This document shows positions 24,701 through 37,739 of a stretch of 64,000 nt of DNA, piece after piece. The notes under the pieces were generated by a model. That model was given only the letters and a program-made list of their open reading frames with translations. It was not told the DNA's origin and did no database searches. Each line of letters starts with the position of its first letter. Position 1 is the first letter of the stretch. This stretch comes from Aplysia californica (Eukaryota), in assembly GCF_000002075.1 (NCBI RefSeq), contig NW_004797838.1, forward strand, positions 53,350-117,349, in the 5' to 3' direction. Made by a program: the position numbers and the translations under genes.

Positions 24701-27700
24701 TGTTGTCATTAAAAGTAATAAAAGCGTTTCCAGACAAGTTAACTCTTTATCTCCCGCAAGCCGCTGTTTGCAATCGGAACCGCTGAGTGACAGCGGCTCG
24801 GGCACATTAATTTATGACGTCTTCAATATCAAATTGCTTTTTGGCCATTGCCGAAAACAGGTCTCTTTTATCGTGTTTTCATTCATTAGAAGAAGAACTA
24901 TCAAAATAGGTTCACATGTTTCGATTTAATAACCAATTTAGTGATCATTTTGTCAATTTTAGATTTAGTACCAAAAACGGGCCCCGGCATAGAGGGTTTA
25001 CACCCCTCACAGATAAAAAGTTTTTAAAAATTCTTTTCAAATCTAGTCAGGCCAAAGGGCTCAAACTCAGATGACCATTGGATCGGAAAAGTAAGATCAA
25101 TTCCAGCTCACCAAACCATTTTCTGAGGACTAAGGAGAGACCTACCAAATACAATACTGGAATGTCCTAATATTCCTTATAGCAGGCTACAGTCCATTAT
25201 GAGCGCAACTATACGAAGGCTGTTCCACTTTTATTTTGGATATAATGGAGAGTGCACCGTTTAAACCGAAGGGGAAAAAATGGATAAGGAGAGATTTCTA
25301 ATCATTCATTAAAAGTGCAATGTCATTTTGAAGTTGTATACAGTCAATTTTAAGACACTTCCTATTATTATCAACTTTATTTCAATACTTGAGAATATCA
25401 TGATAGAAATGTACATGATGTAAAAAGTAAGAAGACCACGTTACTGATTCCACATACATACACAGGCTGAAAAATAATGAGTGCCGTCCACACATTGATT
25501 GCATATGGTTGGAGGGTGCTACTGATAGTCCTTACTTCTCCACTATCCCTCTATAGTTTCTATCTGTTCGCCTTCCTTCTTCCAGGCTTCCAAATGACTG
25601 CTTTTGTGCCAATGTGCTTCTCTTAACTCAAACTAATGAACACATAAGCTGTGTCTGTCACCTTTTGATGGATGCTAAACTGACTTTGATGGGCCTGCGG
25701 CCAAGGCCAGTCATATGCTGCATCTCTATGAGAGCTCTCTGTTGATCCATTTCCTCCGAGAAGCGAATAAAACCGTAGCCTTTGCTCTTCCCAGCCTGAT
25801 CATTCACAACTGAGGGAGAGACATTATCATTCATAAATGTAAAAGTTTCACACCTTTTTCAAAACTGTAAGAGCACTAAAAAGGACGGACTTTGAAGTGA
25901 ACGTATATCTCTGATAGAACCGAGCCCAGTAGGCGGAGAGATTTGAATGCTCCTCAAACAACCCATTGGGGATTTGAACCATGGTCATTTGTGAAAGGGA
26001 ACCAGTGAACTCGTCACACGGTGAAGTCGACACAGCTGAAAAACGTGCGACGAGTTCACCAAAAAAAAAAAGTATCCAAGTAACAGTGAACTCGTCACAC
26101 CACCTGCACCACACCTGCTATCTTGTGCCATTTTAGATTTGCTTTATTGCATACAGTAAGGACATGCAAATTTTTTACAGGTTTAATATATTGCACCTGT
26201 TTGTCTGTTTTCTCTTTAAAATGTTGAAACAGAAAAATTGACACGTGTACATTTCGATTGAATAAACTCTGGTTTTGTATTTTAAAAATATTAATTATTA
26301 ATTAAAGGTGGACATGTGTGGGTTTGCCTCCCAATCCACTGTGAACTCGCCACACGTTTTTTACAAGTTTGAGTATGTGATGAGATCACTGGAGGTATGT
26401 GACAACTTCACAGTGTGACAAGTTAACTGGAAGCCTTGTGAAATAGCTCAACATGATACCAAAAAACACACATTTGAGTATGAATAAGAGACTGGCTAAA
26501 AAAGGGCAATCAAAAGGATGGTGGAAAGTTTCTTGTCACACCAGCTAACACCAACAGACAAAATCCTTTGAAGAGATAGCCTACCAAAACATGAATAGAT
26601 TCATGTCTGTTAACACAACTTGTGCTTGATTAATTTTACTTTTGACAGAAGTTACAGAGGTGAGTTTCCTCTTACTGACTGGCATCTGTGGTGTAATTGC
26701 TCTTCGCTGTGGCACCAAAAATACAATATGAGCTGCATTTGTAAGTGGGGAAGTTATCATATCGAGTATCTGTGCCTGTTTTCTGGGACGCTGTATCTCA
26801 GTCAGACTCGGTTGACTCCGACAGGTAGGGTGAAAGCAGCCTGCCTCCTGAATGACCCTGTAAAGAGGGTAGCAGGTTTGAAGCAGGCCTTGGTCAGCCC
26901 CATTTCTTTCTCATCTATTATTTCTGTCTGTTATTGGCTTTCTTTCTTTGAACGACTGCCATTGTACCAGTGAGCTTTTTCTGGCACTTTCACACATACA
27001 ATGTGCCAATGAATATTTTTAGCCCTTCCACAAAATGTTCCCATGAAATTTTTTGTTACTTTCAAACAATGTTCAAATTAACTTTTTTGGTATTTTCAAA
27101 CAATGTTCCAAAGAGCTTTTTTAGCACTTCCAAACAATGTTTCAATTAACTTTTTGGTACTGGGCACTTTCAAAAAATGTTCCAATGAACTTTTTTTGGC
27201 ACTTTCACACAAACAAACCAGTAGAGGAGAAAGTGACTTTTGTGTAAAACATTTCTGTTTACGGTAATCCACCCACCTTTGGCCCCTCGCACAGACTTGT
27301 ACCTCTTCTGGAAGAAAGCGAACAGTTCGTAGTCGTCAATATCCCAGGACAGGTCACCAACATACAACGAAAACTCCGGCCTGGAAAAAGAAGATTTGTT
27401 TTTGCAAAACACAACTAGGTCATATAAGTTCTTAAGATTAAAAGTGTTACAAGGGAGTAACAAACACAAAAAAGAAGGAGATATAAGGACAACAGATATG
27501 TAGCAAAAGAAGGAGCAAATCACACTAGACACCCACCAACCATCCACGAAGAAGGAGACAAAAGGAGAAAAAAGAAAAAAGGGATCAATAAATGTCATGT
27601 AGGAATTCAGGGGAACAGGAAAAAAAGACCCCCCCCCCTTCCCAAATTTTCTTTTTAAAACAGCCTTTCAGTACTGAGATAAGTTTTAATCAGAACATAA

Positions 27701-30700
27701 TATACTGTTTATGAGTTGCTACTTGTATTTATAAAGCGCTTTGAGCCTAAGTAAGTTCTTTACTTCAGGTTGAGGGCTGTGTAAACGTTATACACAGTCA
27801 AAACTGTCTAGGATGGCCACCTATTGTTAAGAAAAGCGGCTGTCTTAGACAATGTCATTATAATGTTTTTTTAAAAATGCAAGGGATTGGGGAAATGGGA
27901 AGTGGCCATTTCTACAGGTGATAGTCTTATACAGGTGGCTGTAAGAGCAGGTTCGACTGTATTCGTATTATAAAAACAGAACTGCCTGAAAACCTTGACA
28001 CTGACACACTGAGGCCGAACCTCTACTGTTTGTGTTCAAGTCATATCTAGCACAAATAAATCTAGTTAAATGAATTTTGATAATTTTGGAACAAATGGTG
28101 ATAATAATAATTACAATAACAATAAATAGCTTTTGTATCTGCATAAGTTCCTGCTCAACAGCAAACTTTATCTGCTTTACAATCTATGTGATTACCCCAG
28201 CAGACATGATAACATACCAAAACAGTCTCAACTTCCTGGTAAAGCATACAGTGCAAGCTGCTTCTTTACAAGTGCTAAAACAATACTGTACTGACAAGAT
28301 CTTTCCGTTTTAATAGCCAGGTACCCATTCACATGTNNNNNNNNNNNNNNNNNNNNNNNNNNNNNNNNNNNNNNNNNNNNNNNNNNNNNNNNNNNNNNNN
28401 NNNNNNNNNNNNNNNNNNNNNNNNNNNNNNNNNNNNCGGCTAAGGCCAATTGTATGCTGCATCACTACATCATGTACACATTTTAACCCTGATATTCTCA
28501 AGTATTTTGGCTGAAATAAAGAAAAGTGGCTCAGGATTGAAACGTACACATGATGTAAAAAGTATGAAGATCACCGTCCAAAGATACTGATTCCAAATAC
28601 AGGTTGAAAAATAACAAGTGCAGTCCACACATTGATTGCAATTGGTTGGAGGGTGCTACTGATAGGTCTTACTTCTCCACTGTTCCTCTACAATTTCTGT
28701 CTTTCCGTCTTCCTTTTTCTGGGCACTGAAATGACTGCTTCTCATTTCTCAAACAAACAAACACATACGCTGTATCTGTTACCTTTTGATCGATGCTAAA
28801 CTGACTTTGATGGGCCTGCGGCCAAGGCCAGTCATATGCTGCATCTCTATGAGAGCTCTCTGTTGATCCATTTCCTCCGAGAAGCGAATAAAACCGTAGC
28901 CTTTGCTCTTCCCAGCCTGATCATTCACAACTGAGGGAGAGACATTATCATTCATAAATGTAAAAGTTTCACACCTTTTTCAAAACTGTAAGAGCACTAA
29001 AAAGGACGGACTTTGAAGTGAACGTATATCTCTGATAGAACCGAGCCCAGTAGGCGGAGAGATTTGAATGCTCCTCAAACAACCCATTGGGGATTTGAAC
29101 CATGGTCATTTGTGAAAGGGAACCAGTGAACTCGTCACACGGTGAAGTCGACACAGCTGAAAAACGTGCGACGAGTTCACCAAAAAAAAAAAGTATCCAA
29201 GTAACAGTGAACTCGTCACACCACCTGCACCACACCTGCTATCTTGTGCCATTTTAGATTTGCTTTATTGCATACAGTAAGGACATGCAAATTTTTTACA
29301 GGTTTAATATATTGCACCTGTTTGTCTGTTTTCTCTTTAAAATGTTGAAACAGAAAAATTGACACGTGTACATTTCGATTGAATAAACTCTGGTTTTGTA
29401 TTTTAAAAATATTAATTATTAATTAAAGGTGGACATGTGTGGGTTTGCCTCCCAATCCACTGTGAACTCGCCACACGTTTTTTACAAGTTTGAGTATGTG
29501 ATGAGATCACTGGAGGTATGTGACAACTTCACAGTGTGACAAGTTAACTGGAAGCCTTGTGAAATAGCTCAACATGATACCAAAAAACACACATTTGAGT
29601 ATGAATAAGAGACTGGCTAAAAAAGGGCAATCAAAAGGATGGTGGAAAGTTTCTTGTCACACCAGCTAACACCAACAGACAAAATCCTTTGAAGAGATAG
29701 CCTACCAAAACATGAATAGATTCATGTCTGTTAACACAACTTGTGCTTGATTAATTTTACTTTTGACAGAAGTTACAGAGGTGAGTTTCCTCTTACTGAC
29801 TGGCATCTGTGGTGTAATTGCTCTTCGCTGTGGCACCAAAAATACAATATGAGCTGCATTTGTAAGTGGGGAAGTTATCATATCGAGTATCTGTGCCTGT
29901 TTTCTGGGACGCTGTATCTCAGTCAGACTCGGTTGACTCCGACAGGTAGGGTGAAAGCAGCCTGCCTCCTGAATGACCCTGTAAAGAGGGTAGCAGGTTT
30001 GAAGCAGGCCTTGGTCAGCCCCATTTCTTTCTCATCTATTATTTCTGTCTGTTATTGGCTTTCTTTCTTTGAACGACTGCCATTGTACCAGTGAGCTTTT
30101 TCTGGCACTTTCACACATACAATGTGCCAATGAATATTTTTAGCCCTTCCACAAAATGTTCCCATGAAATTTTTTGTTACTTTCAAACAATGTTCAAATT
30201 AACTTTTTTGGTATTTTCAAACAATGTTCCAAAGAGCTTTTTTAGCACTTCCAAACAATGTTTCAATTAACTTTTTGGTACTGGGCACTTTCAAAAAATG
30301 TTCCAATGAACTTTTTTTGGCACTTTCACACAAACAAACCAGTAGAGGAGAAAGTGACTTTTGTGTAAAACATTTCTGTTTACGGTAATCCACCCACCTT
30401 TGGCCCCTCGCACAGACTTGTACCTCTTCTGGAAGAAAGCGAACAGTTCGTAGTCGTCAATATCCCAGGACAGGTCACCAACATACAACGAAAACTCCGG
30501 CCTGGAAAAAGAAGATTTGTTTTTGCAAAACACAACTAGGTCATATAAGTTCTTAAGATTAAAAGTGTTACAAGGGAGTAACAAACACAAAAAAGAAGGA
30601 GATATAAGGACAACAGATATGTAGCAAAAGAAGGAGCAAATCACACTAGACACCCACCAACCATCCACGAAGAAGGAGACAAAAGGAGAAAAAAGAAAAA

Positions 30701-33700
30701 AGGGATCAATAAATGTCATGTAGGAATTCAGGGGAACAGGAAAAAAAGACCCCCCCCCCTTCCCAAATTTTCTTTTTAAAACAGCCTTTCAGTACTGAGA
30801 TAAGTTTTAATCAGAACATAATATACTGTTTATGAGTTGCTACTTGTATTTATAAAGCGCTTTGAGCCTAAGTAAGTTCTTTACTTCAGGTTGAGGGCTG
30901 TGTAAACGTTATACACAGTCAAAACTGTCTAGGATGGCCACCTATTGTTAAGAAAAGCGGCTGTCTTAGACAATGTCATTATAATGTTTTTTTAAAAATG
31001 CAAGGGATTGGGGAAATGGGAAGTGGCCATTTCTACAGGTGATAGTCTTATACAGGTGGCTGTAAGAGCAGGTTCGACTGTATTCGTATTATAAAAACAG
31101 AACTGCCTGAAAACCTTGACACTGACACACTGAGGCCGAACCTCTACTGTTTGTGTTCAAGTCATATCTAGCACAAATAAATCTAGTTAAATGAATTTTG
31201 ATAATTTTGGAACAAATGGTGATAATAATAATTACAATAACAATAAATAGCTTTTGTATCTGCATAAGTTCCTGCTCAACAGCAAACTTTATCTGCTTTA
31301 CAATCTATGTGATTACCCCAGCAGACATGATAACATACCAAAACAGTCTCAACTTCCTGGTAAAGCATACAGTGCAAGCTGCTTCTTTACAAGTGCTAAA
31401 ACAATACTGTACTGACAAGATCTTTCCGTTTTAATAGCCAGGTACCCATTCACATGTGGGCGAAGTGAGGAAAATTTGTATAAAGTGCCTTTCCAAAGGA
31501 CACAACGTCGGACCAAGCTGAGCCTCAAACTCCAAAAACCACAACCTGACAAAAACAAGTCCGACAGCCCAGTCACTGACTAGTTTTTTGTTTTTTGTTT
31601 TTTTAGTAGAGGGTTTTACGGCGCTCGCAACTGCATAAGGTCATATGAGCGCCAAGGGGTGGGTGTCAACAGAGAAGTCTTTACAGGGAATCAGACTTAC
31701 TCTGCTCACCTCTCTAGCTTCAACAGCACAAGGTCTGCTTCGACTATCAAGGCACCCCGGAAATAGCAGGTCACAAGTGTGACAAACATACAAAAGAAGT
31801 AGAGGAAAATGACAACAGTAAGGATTAGGAAAGAAAAAGCAGTAGTTCCCTGTTGTAGATCAGGCACAGTTAAAAGCGTGACATGATGAATCAGCCCATT
31901 TACAATTTTACTGTGCTTGAACGAGAAATGTCCCCCCTTTGGGAATGGCCTAAAGACACTACAGTCAGTAGCACCGCCCCAGGGGGTAGTCACTGACTAC
32001 CGGCGCCACATAATACAATGAAACTTGAAACAACAAAATGAGAACTAAAAGCTATGTCACCCACAAGGATATAATGCATGACAGGGAAGGGAAGCCAGAA
32101 GTATTTTCAAAAGAGACAAGGCTGGGATAGGAAAAGGAGGGAAAGATCATATGTTCACATGTAACAACTTGCAAATGCACATCGTGCAAGTTTTCAAACA
32201 TTTCTTCTAAAACTTTCACGATCTCATAAAACTTACAAAAGTTCATGTTCTCGTCCATAGCTGGCAGGATTTAGCTTGAAGCGTTTCTGTGAATAAAAAT
32301 TCAAAGCAAATTATTCTCCATGAATACAATACAGACTTTTCTGTATTCACAAGCAATTCTCTCATCCCTAAGTTATCAAAGATGACCTGTCAGTAACAAG
32401 GAAACATCCCTTTGTTGATTTGGAATGGTCTATGCCACTGCATCAAACTCTTGAAGAGACCATATAAATCCATAATTTCCACAACTGTTGATCAAAGGTG
32501 GAAAAAAAATATGACAAAGACCCAACAGCTTTCAAATGTAACAGTCCAGTATTTCGAAGACAGCATTACAAAAAAAGTTCATTTGAGTTGGAAAGAGTAG
32601 CACATCGACACAATAACAGTCATATGGTGTAGGGAAAAAGCAAGACAGAAACAGCAGAGGGAAAGAAAAGAAGTCGGACCTACCAGTGGCAACCTCCAAC
32701 CACCTATAAAAGTTCTTTACACAGTTACAGTACACTACTGCTGAACTTGTACGTGGAATGTAAACAATACTTTTCTTTTCAGCTATATGTATCCCACCTA
32801 CAGTGAAAACTTCACAGATGCTCACATACCCCACCTGTGTACCACAAATCAATTCAAAGGCTTCAACAATACATATCTAGACGAAAAATTATTCATGAGT
32901 ACAAACAATAAACTGATAAAAGGATGGGTACCATTCCATTATTCACGAGCAGAGAACAAAGCATAAACATACTAACAAGAAGATGAGGGTGCTGGTTTAG
33001 TTGCCGATCCAATGTGATGTTTCTGGTTTAGTTACCAGACTGATCTGACAACTGATCTAGTTACCGGCCTATCAGACTGGTCTGACAACTGGTTTAGTTG
33101 ATGGTCCACCGCGATATTTCTAAATGCTTTTGTGAGTGTGTGGGTGGAAAGTTGTGTTCTTTTTAAAAAGTCCCATCTGGTCACTTATATTGCTTCACTT
33201 ACTTTCAATCGTAATCTGTACCACCACAAAATATTTCAATCTAAATGAAACAGCAAAATGAAGCAATCCACCCTACCACACATCACATTATTTGTAAGTG
33301 CCACTGTATTTGATCTACTAAATGCCCCCAACGCTGTCATTAGCATAATTAATCAGGTGGGACCTACGCAGTGCAGTAAACCATGGGTGATCAGGCTGGA
33401 CTTACTAGGAGACAGCCGTATCACAGTGGACCAGCCACTAAACCAGCACCAAAACGAGTCTACAACTACAGTGAAAACTTCACAGATGCTCACATACCCC
33501 AGAATGTCCTGGGATGTACTTTCCGTTCAGCCTGTGCAATACCCTCTGTGCTGTGTCCACATCGCTCAGCTCCACAAAGCAGTAATTACTTGGCTTTGAG
33601 CTGGAACATAAAGCAGTACATAAACTAGAAAAGTACAAAAGACAGAGTTGATGTTTGATTATTTTTGTTCAGGGATGCCATTAGTATTTTGTGAAAATAT

Positions 33701-36418
33701 CTAAAAATTTATAAAGTAGCACTGGCAATCAAAAAAAAAATTGAGGTTAAATTAAAACATTTTTAAAAATTAGAATAGTTTCATTTAGACTTTTTCTTCT
33801 GAAAATAATAGAAATAAAAGGAAAAGAACCCGAAAAAGATAATCCCTGTTTGTTAAAGGAAGAGATTGAATAAGAATATAAGCAAATAAAAATTCTCCGT
33901 CCAAGCCTTTGATACAAATTTACTGTATGAAACACCACACTTAAAATCATCATTTGACAGGGATTGGGAATTTTTGGAAGAAACTTTTGATAAACTCCCT
34001 CTTCTTTTGGGCAAAGTCCAGAGATATTATCAATGTACTCGAACAAGAATTTACATGATACTGGATGAAATGAGAGGTCGGAACAAAAACATTACCAAGT
34101 GCAAATGCAATGCCAGGATTATCACGTTGTACAGTAGTCCTGGAGCAAACATTGAAAGTTGTACTATAATACCATGTCTTACATGTAGTAGAATAGGATT
34201 TATACCATTAAAAAACAATTTACATTGGCAAAGAAAGATGAAGTAAAAGAAGCACAAGAAGTACTTTCCAAGAGCAACACAAAACATGCACAACAATTAA
34301 CCCCACATTCATTATGAATTCTAATAAATCCACACGGCAATTTTCACAAAATTGAGAACTAAATAAAGTGGATAGTGAACATACTTGGAACTTGACCCGC
34401 TTTTGTTTTTCTTGACCAGTTTTACAGTAACCACAGCTTCTCCAAACTGTGCGAAGGCATTGATGATTGACTGCTCATCCAAATCTTCATCCAGCTGTTG
34501 GAGAAAAGAGAGTATAAAAATTATTAACTTATTTGAATAATGTATTATACATAGGGTATGTCAACATGATGATGATGTGAATACTTTTAGGTAAATTATC
34601 GAACATAGTAAATCACATACTTCCCTACATCGAAACACAAGACACAGGGTGACTCAAATCACGAATTCAAAACGAAATGGACAAACGCACTAAACAAAGC
34701 ATGCAATAAAACCTTGTGTACAGTAGAGCTGCACATTAAGTGTAGAGAATATCCGCATGTGCAATCCACATTGGCAATAATATAGATCTAGTTCAAATGA
34801 AAATTAAATATTAATTCTCAAAAATTATGGTTTGAGACAATTGTAAAGATAGAATTAATGTAAACAGAGATAAGAATCAACCAGAAAAGAGCAATAAATA
34901 AGCGCCAAACTTCATCGAGATCCATGAATAATCAGTTTTTCTTAGTAAAACCACAGATTATGTCATTCATGAACTAGAATCCCTTTTTTGTGGTGTTTTA
35001 ACATTGTATGATCACCATAATAAAGTCACAGACACTGGCTGGCATTATAAATTATCACTTGTAACATCATACGAGATCAGGAGAAGTAGGCAAGCTTTGT
35101 TCAGTCTGTAGGCTCTTGGGGACAGAGTATGACAATCTTCCAGATCTGCTTGTTCTTTTCATATTTGCTGGTTTCCAATGACAACGTACAGCTTTGAAAG
35201 TGGTTTACGGTAGATTAATTGTTAGGAGGGTTAGGTTTGACCTTAAGCTCCCTTGCCTAACCTTATCCCTCTAGTCTGTATGCCTTAGAACCCTTACCAC
35301 TTACCTCATTACTCGAATCCAGGAAAAATGAAAGTGAATAAAATTACTGAGCGGCAAAAAGTGCCATGCTACTATTTCTAGACTATGCAAACTGCTGAGG
35401 CAGAGTACAGTACAGTACAGTTAGACAAAGATTTCTAATAGAAAGTGAAAGTGAGAATATTTGTGTGTGTGTGTCTGGAGAAAGGTCCCCGTTGTCGGCA
35501 AAGCGTATTTTGAGCATTGGTGTGAAAAGGCAAGAAGTTCCATCAGAAAACACATTTTTAACCTTCTTAAAAACATATCGAAAGAATTTTATAACATTTT
35601 GAGTCTTAATATTTGTTTAATTATTTTTTGCGGGATTTTGTATTAATTTTACCAAAGGTTCAAAATGTGCACTAGAAATTGGGTTTCTCTCCAAACTCTG
35701 TTTTTATACCCTGAGTTACAAAATGTGGCATATATATCTTTAAAACTACTCAAAATATTCAAAGAACTAAAAAATAAGTGTGTTCAGCATTGAATTTGCT
35801 ACAATAAAATAACACAAGTGGCTATTCTCCAGCATCGCACCATCAATAGATCGATGGCTTTTCTCCAGTGCCATATATAGTTGCACATGTCACTTCTCCA
35901 TAGCTAATTTCCATCTCCCCTGTCGGCATGTTATGGCCACACTGTTGCAATTGAGATTAGAGCCAGATGCCAGATGGGCCGTCTTGTACTTCTGGTTGGG
36001 ATTGAAGGTTGTTGGCGCTTCTCTGGTGCTGTCACCTCGGACACAGACAACAGTGAATTGCATTCTGAAGAAATGCCGACCCTGATGAGTGTTTGTGTAA
36101 GGCCACAAGGTGCCACAGGAGAGACGGAAAGCTGTGGAGAAGCGACATGCAACTCTATGTGACGCCGGGGAATATAGTAGCCATCGATCTATAGTGCGAG
36201 GCCGGAGGATGGATTCTAGCCACTTATCACTTGCTAAAATAAAATTACCTTAATTCAATATCCTAAATTTCCGACAACTGAGACCTTTCACGGGGCACAC
36301 AATTTTTTTTTTATTATTTACTTATTTTAACTTTGTTTAGTTTAAGTTTAGTTTAACGATCTCGAACTGAACTTACGTCACCCATCCATAATGAAGTACT
36401 CAGAGCAGTGTGAAACAT
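21702..36418 (-). CDS. TRNAU1AP: tRNA selenocysteine 1-associated protein 1 (SECp43), two RRMs plus Tyr-rich tail, about 307 aa
   Basis: Exons 36377-36418 (MFHTALSTSLWMGD), 34385-34494, 33498-33600 (YCFVEL..LHRLNGKYIPG), 32237-32286 (KRFKLNPASYG), 30398-30501 (PEFSLYVGDL), 28783-28930 (KSKGYGFIRFSEEMDQQRALIEMQ), 24481-24640 (Tyr/Pro-rich), 23632-23707, 22534-22592 (DPCLEINVGKENREFIDSSE), 21702-21773 (ALENSRWQPLDNIMSEIPS*). GT-AG junctions with consistent phases. C-terminus matches the SECp43 'WQPLD..SEIP' signature. Exons 5-6 also occur as a second copy. Confidence 0.93.
21973..22136 (+). mobile_element. Short retroposon family A
   Basis: AGTGGGTGGTTGGTGGGTGCTC start and shared tail. Confidence 0.75.
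22870..22958. mobile_element. pogo/Tigger-like MITE
   Basis: TACAGTGG..GATTCAACGAA / TTCGTTGAATC..CCACTGTA ends with TA flanks. Confidence 0.65.
25662..27380 (-). other. TRNAU1AP: Second copy of TRNAU1AP exons 5 and 6 (RRM2)
   Basis: Exon 5 copy at 27277-27380 and exon 6 copy at 25662-25809, offset 3121 bp from the other copies. The only exonic difference seen is synonymous TCC vs TCG. Donor is GTGACA here versus GTAACA in the other copy. Confidence 0.9.
25998..26435. mobile_element. Mutator-like MITE (duplicated at 29119-29556)
   Basis: TIRs GGAACCAGTGAACTCGTCACAC / GTGTGACAAGTTAACTGGAAGCC with near-perfect 9-bp TSD TTGTGAAAG/TTGTGAAAT. Confidence 0.75.
28337..28436. other. Assembly gap (100 N)
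   Basis: Run of exactly 100 N, the usual placeholder for a gap of unknown size. Confidence 0.99.
31240..32009 (-). mobile_element. CORE-like SINE interrupted by a full-length family B retroposon (31583-31987)
   Basis: Family B has TSD AGTCACTGACTA (31571-31582 and 31988-31999). The host SINE's tRNA head resumes after it. Confidence 0.85.
35816..36225. mobile_element. Fold-back/MITE with imperfect inverted arms of about 130 bp
   Basis: AAGTGGCTA..ATAGATCGATGGCT..GCACATGTCACTTCTCCATAGCT versus AGCTGTGGAGAAGCGACATGCAAC..AGCCATCGATCTAT..TAGCCACTT. Confidence 0.75.
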
Positions 36419-37315
36419 CGTGAAAAACTGAGCTTAGAAGCCTGTGCTGTTTAAGATTTAGCCCAAACACATGGGATGAATTGTTGAGAATTGGTAGGCC
36501 AAACAGCAGAGAATTGACATTAGTGTGACAGTGTTATAAATACGGGCTGTGAAACACAACAATGCTGAATGAATGCTGAATGAATGAAAATACAAAGTTT
36601 TTTTAATGCTGACTCCTGCAACACTTTAGAAAAGCAAACTTTAGATATGTTTTTAAAAACATTTCTTATCGTGGAAAACAACCAAAACAAAAGGTATAAA
36701 AAAATAGAAATAATTTCATTTCTAACTTTAAAATATGACAAATAAATAACTTAATAAGATTTTTAAATTTTAAAATTTGTATTGAAAGATTTTAACCTCA
36801 TTTTAGGGGAATTCTCGCAACAGTGAAATTTTACTCCGTTAGATTCTACTTCCTCATTTTAAACTTGATAATGGTGCATATTCCTCGAACATGATCATGG
36901 ATTGTGTTCTTCGTTCTTGAATATTATTTTAAGATTCTGTTTCGTTTTACCCGTGATATAGGCTTATTCTAAAGGTAATATATGAATTTTGCTAAGGTCC
37001 ATTACCTGTGATTGTTTTGGCCAATGTGTATTATTTTATACTGAGTAAAAGTTGAATCCCTCATTGGGGGCTAGACTCTATACTACTCTATGTTTATAAA
37101 TCCAAGTCCAAAGTGATCAAAACTCAGTGACAAAATCGGGTTCAATCAAACTCAATATTGGTGTGTGCATGCTAAATATTATGAACTGTGTAAAAGTGAA
37201 ACCTATACTCTAGTGTTGATAGTATCCCTTATTCTGACGTTCTAGTCTAAGAGTACAGAGCAAGTCCCCTTTTTGCGTCTTTAATTTTTCTTCTGCTAGG
37301 ACTACTTCTGCTCTA

Positions 37316-37495
37316 TATCTAGATCTAGATCTAGATCTAGCTAGATCTAGATATAGAATCTAGATCTAGATCTAGATCTCGATATCTACATCTCTACTTA
37401 GCCTAGGCTACTCATCAACTTGCTGCTGTGATTACTGTGCTAATGACTAGATTCTAGATGTAGATTCTAGATCTAGACTCCAGATCTAGATCTCT
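37316..37495. repeat. (TCTAGA)n arrays
   Basis: Near-perfect AGATCT/TCTAGA tandem runs at 37316-37380 and 37447-37495. Confidence 0.92.
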
Positions 37496-37739
37496 ATGAA
37501 CTAAGTAAAGAAACAATGTGATGATGAGTAGTTCCATGGTTCATGATAGAAGTAGAAGTGTGACCTTCTATCTTATTGTAGGAGGTTTTAGGCTTTCCTT
37601 TCTAACTAGGCCACCTTTATTCTCACCACTGCCCCCCCCCCCCCCCCCCCCCGGTGAGAATAGCTCCCGCCCCGGTGTGGGCATGAGGCGAGGACTCCCC
37701 CCTGACCTCTCGCAGGCTGATAAAATCACCTAGGCCCTT

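Larger units (their letters stand above)
25671..31457. repeat. Direct duplication of about 2.67 kb (25671-28336 = 28792-31457) flanking a 100-N gap
   Basis: Appears identical by eye. The ORF track has identical ORFs offset by 3121 (25848/28969, 26620/29741, 27170/30291, 28077/31198). Confidence 0.95.

Noticed and set aside
36078-36135. CTGATGA...GAAA hammerhead-like motif
   Set aside because: I could not build stems I-III, and the sequence is explained by the fold-back element.
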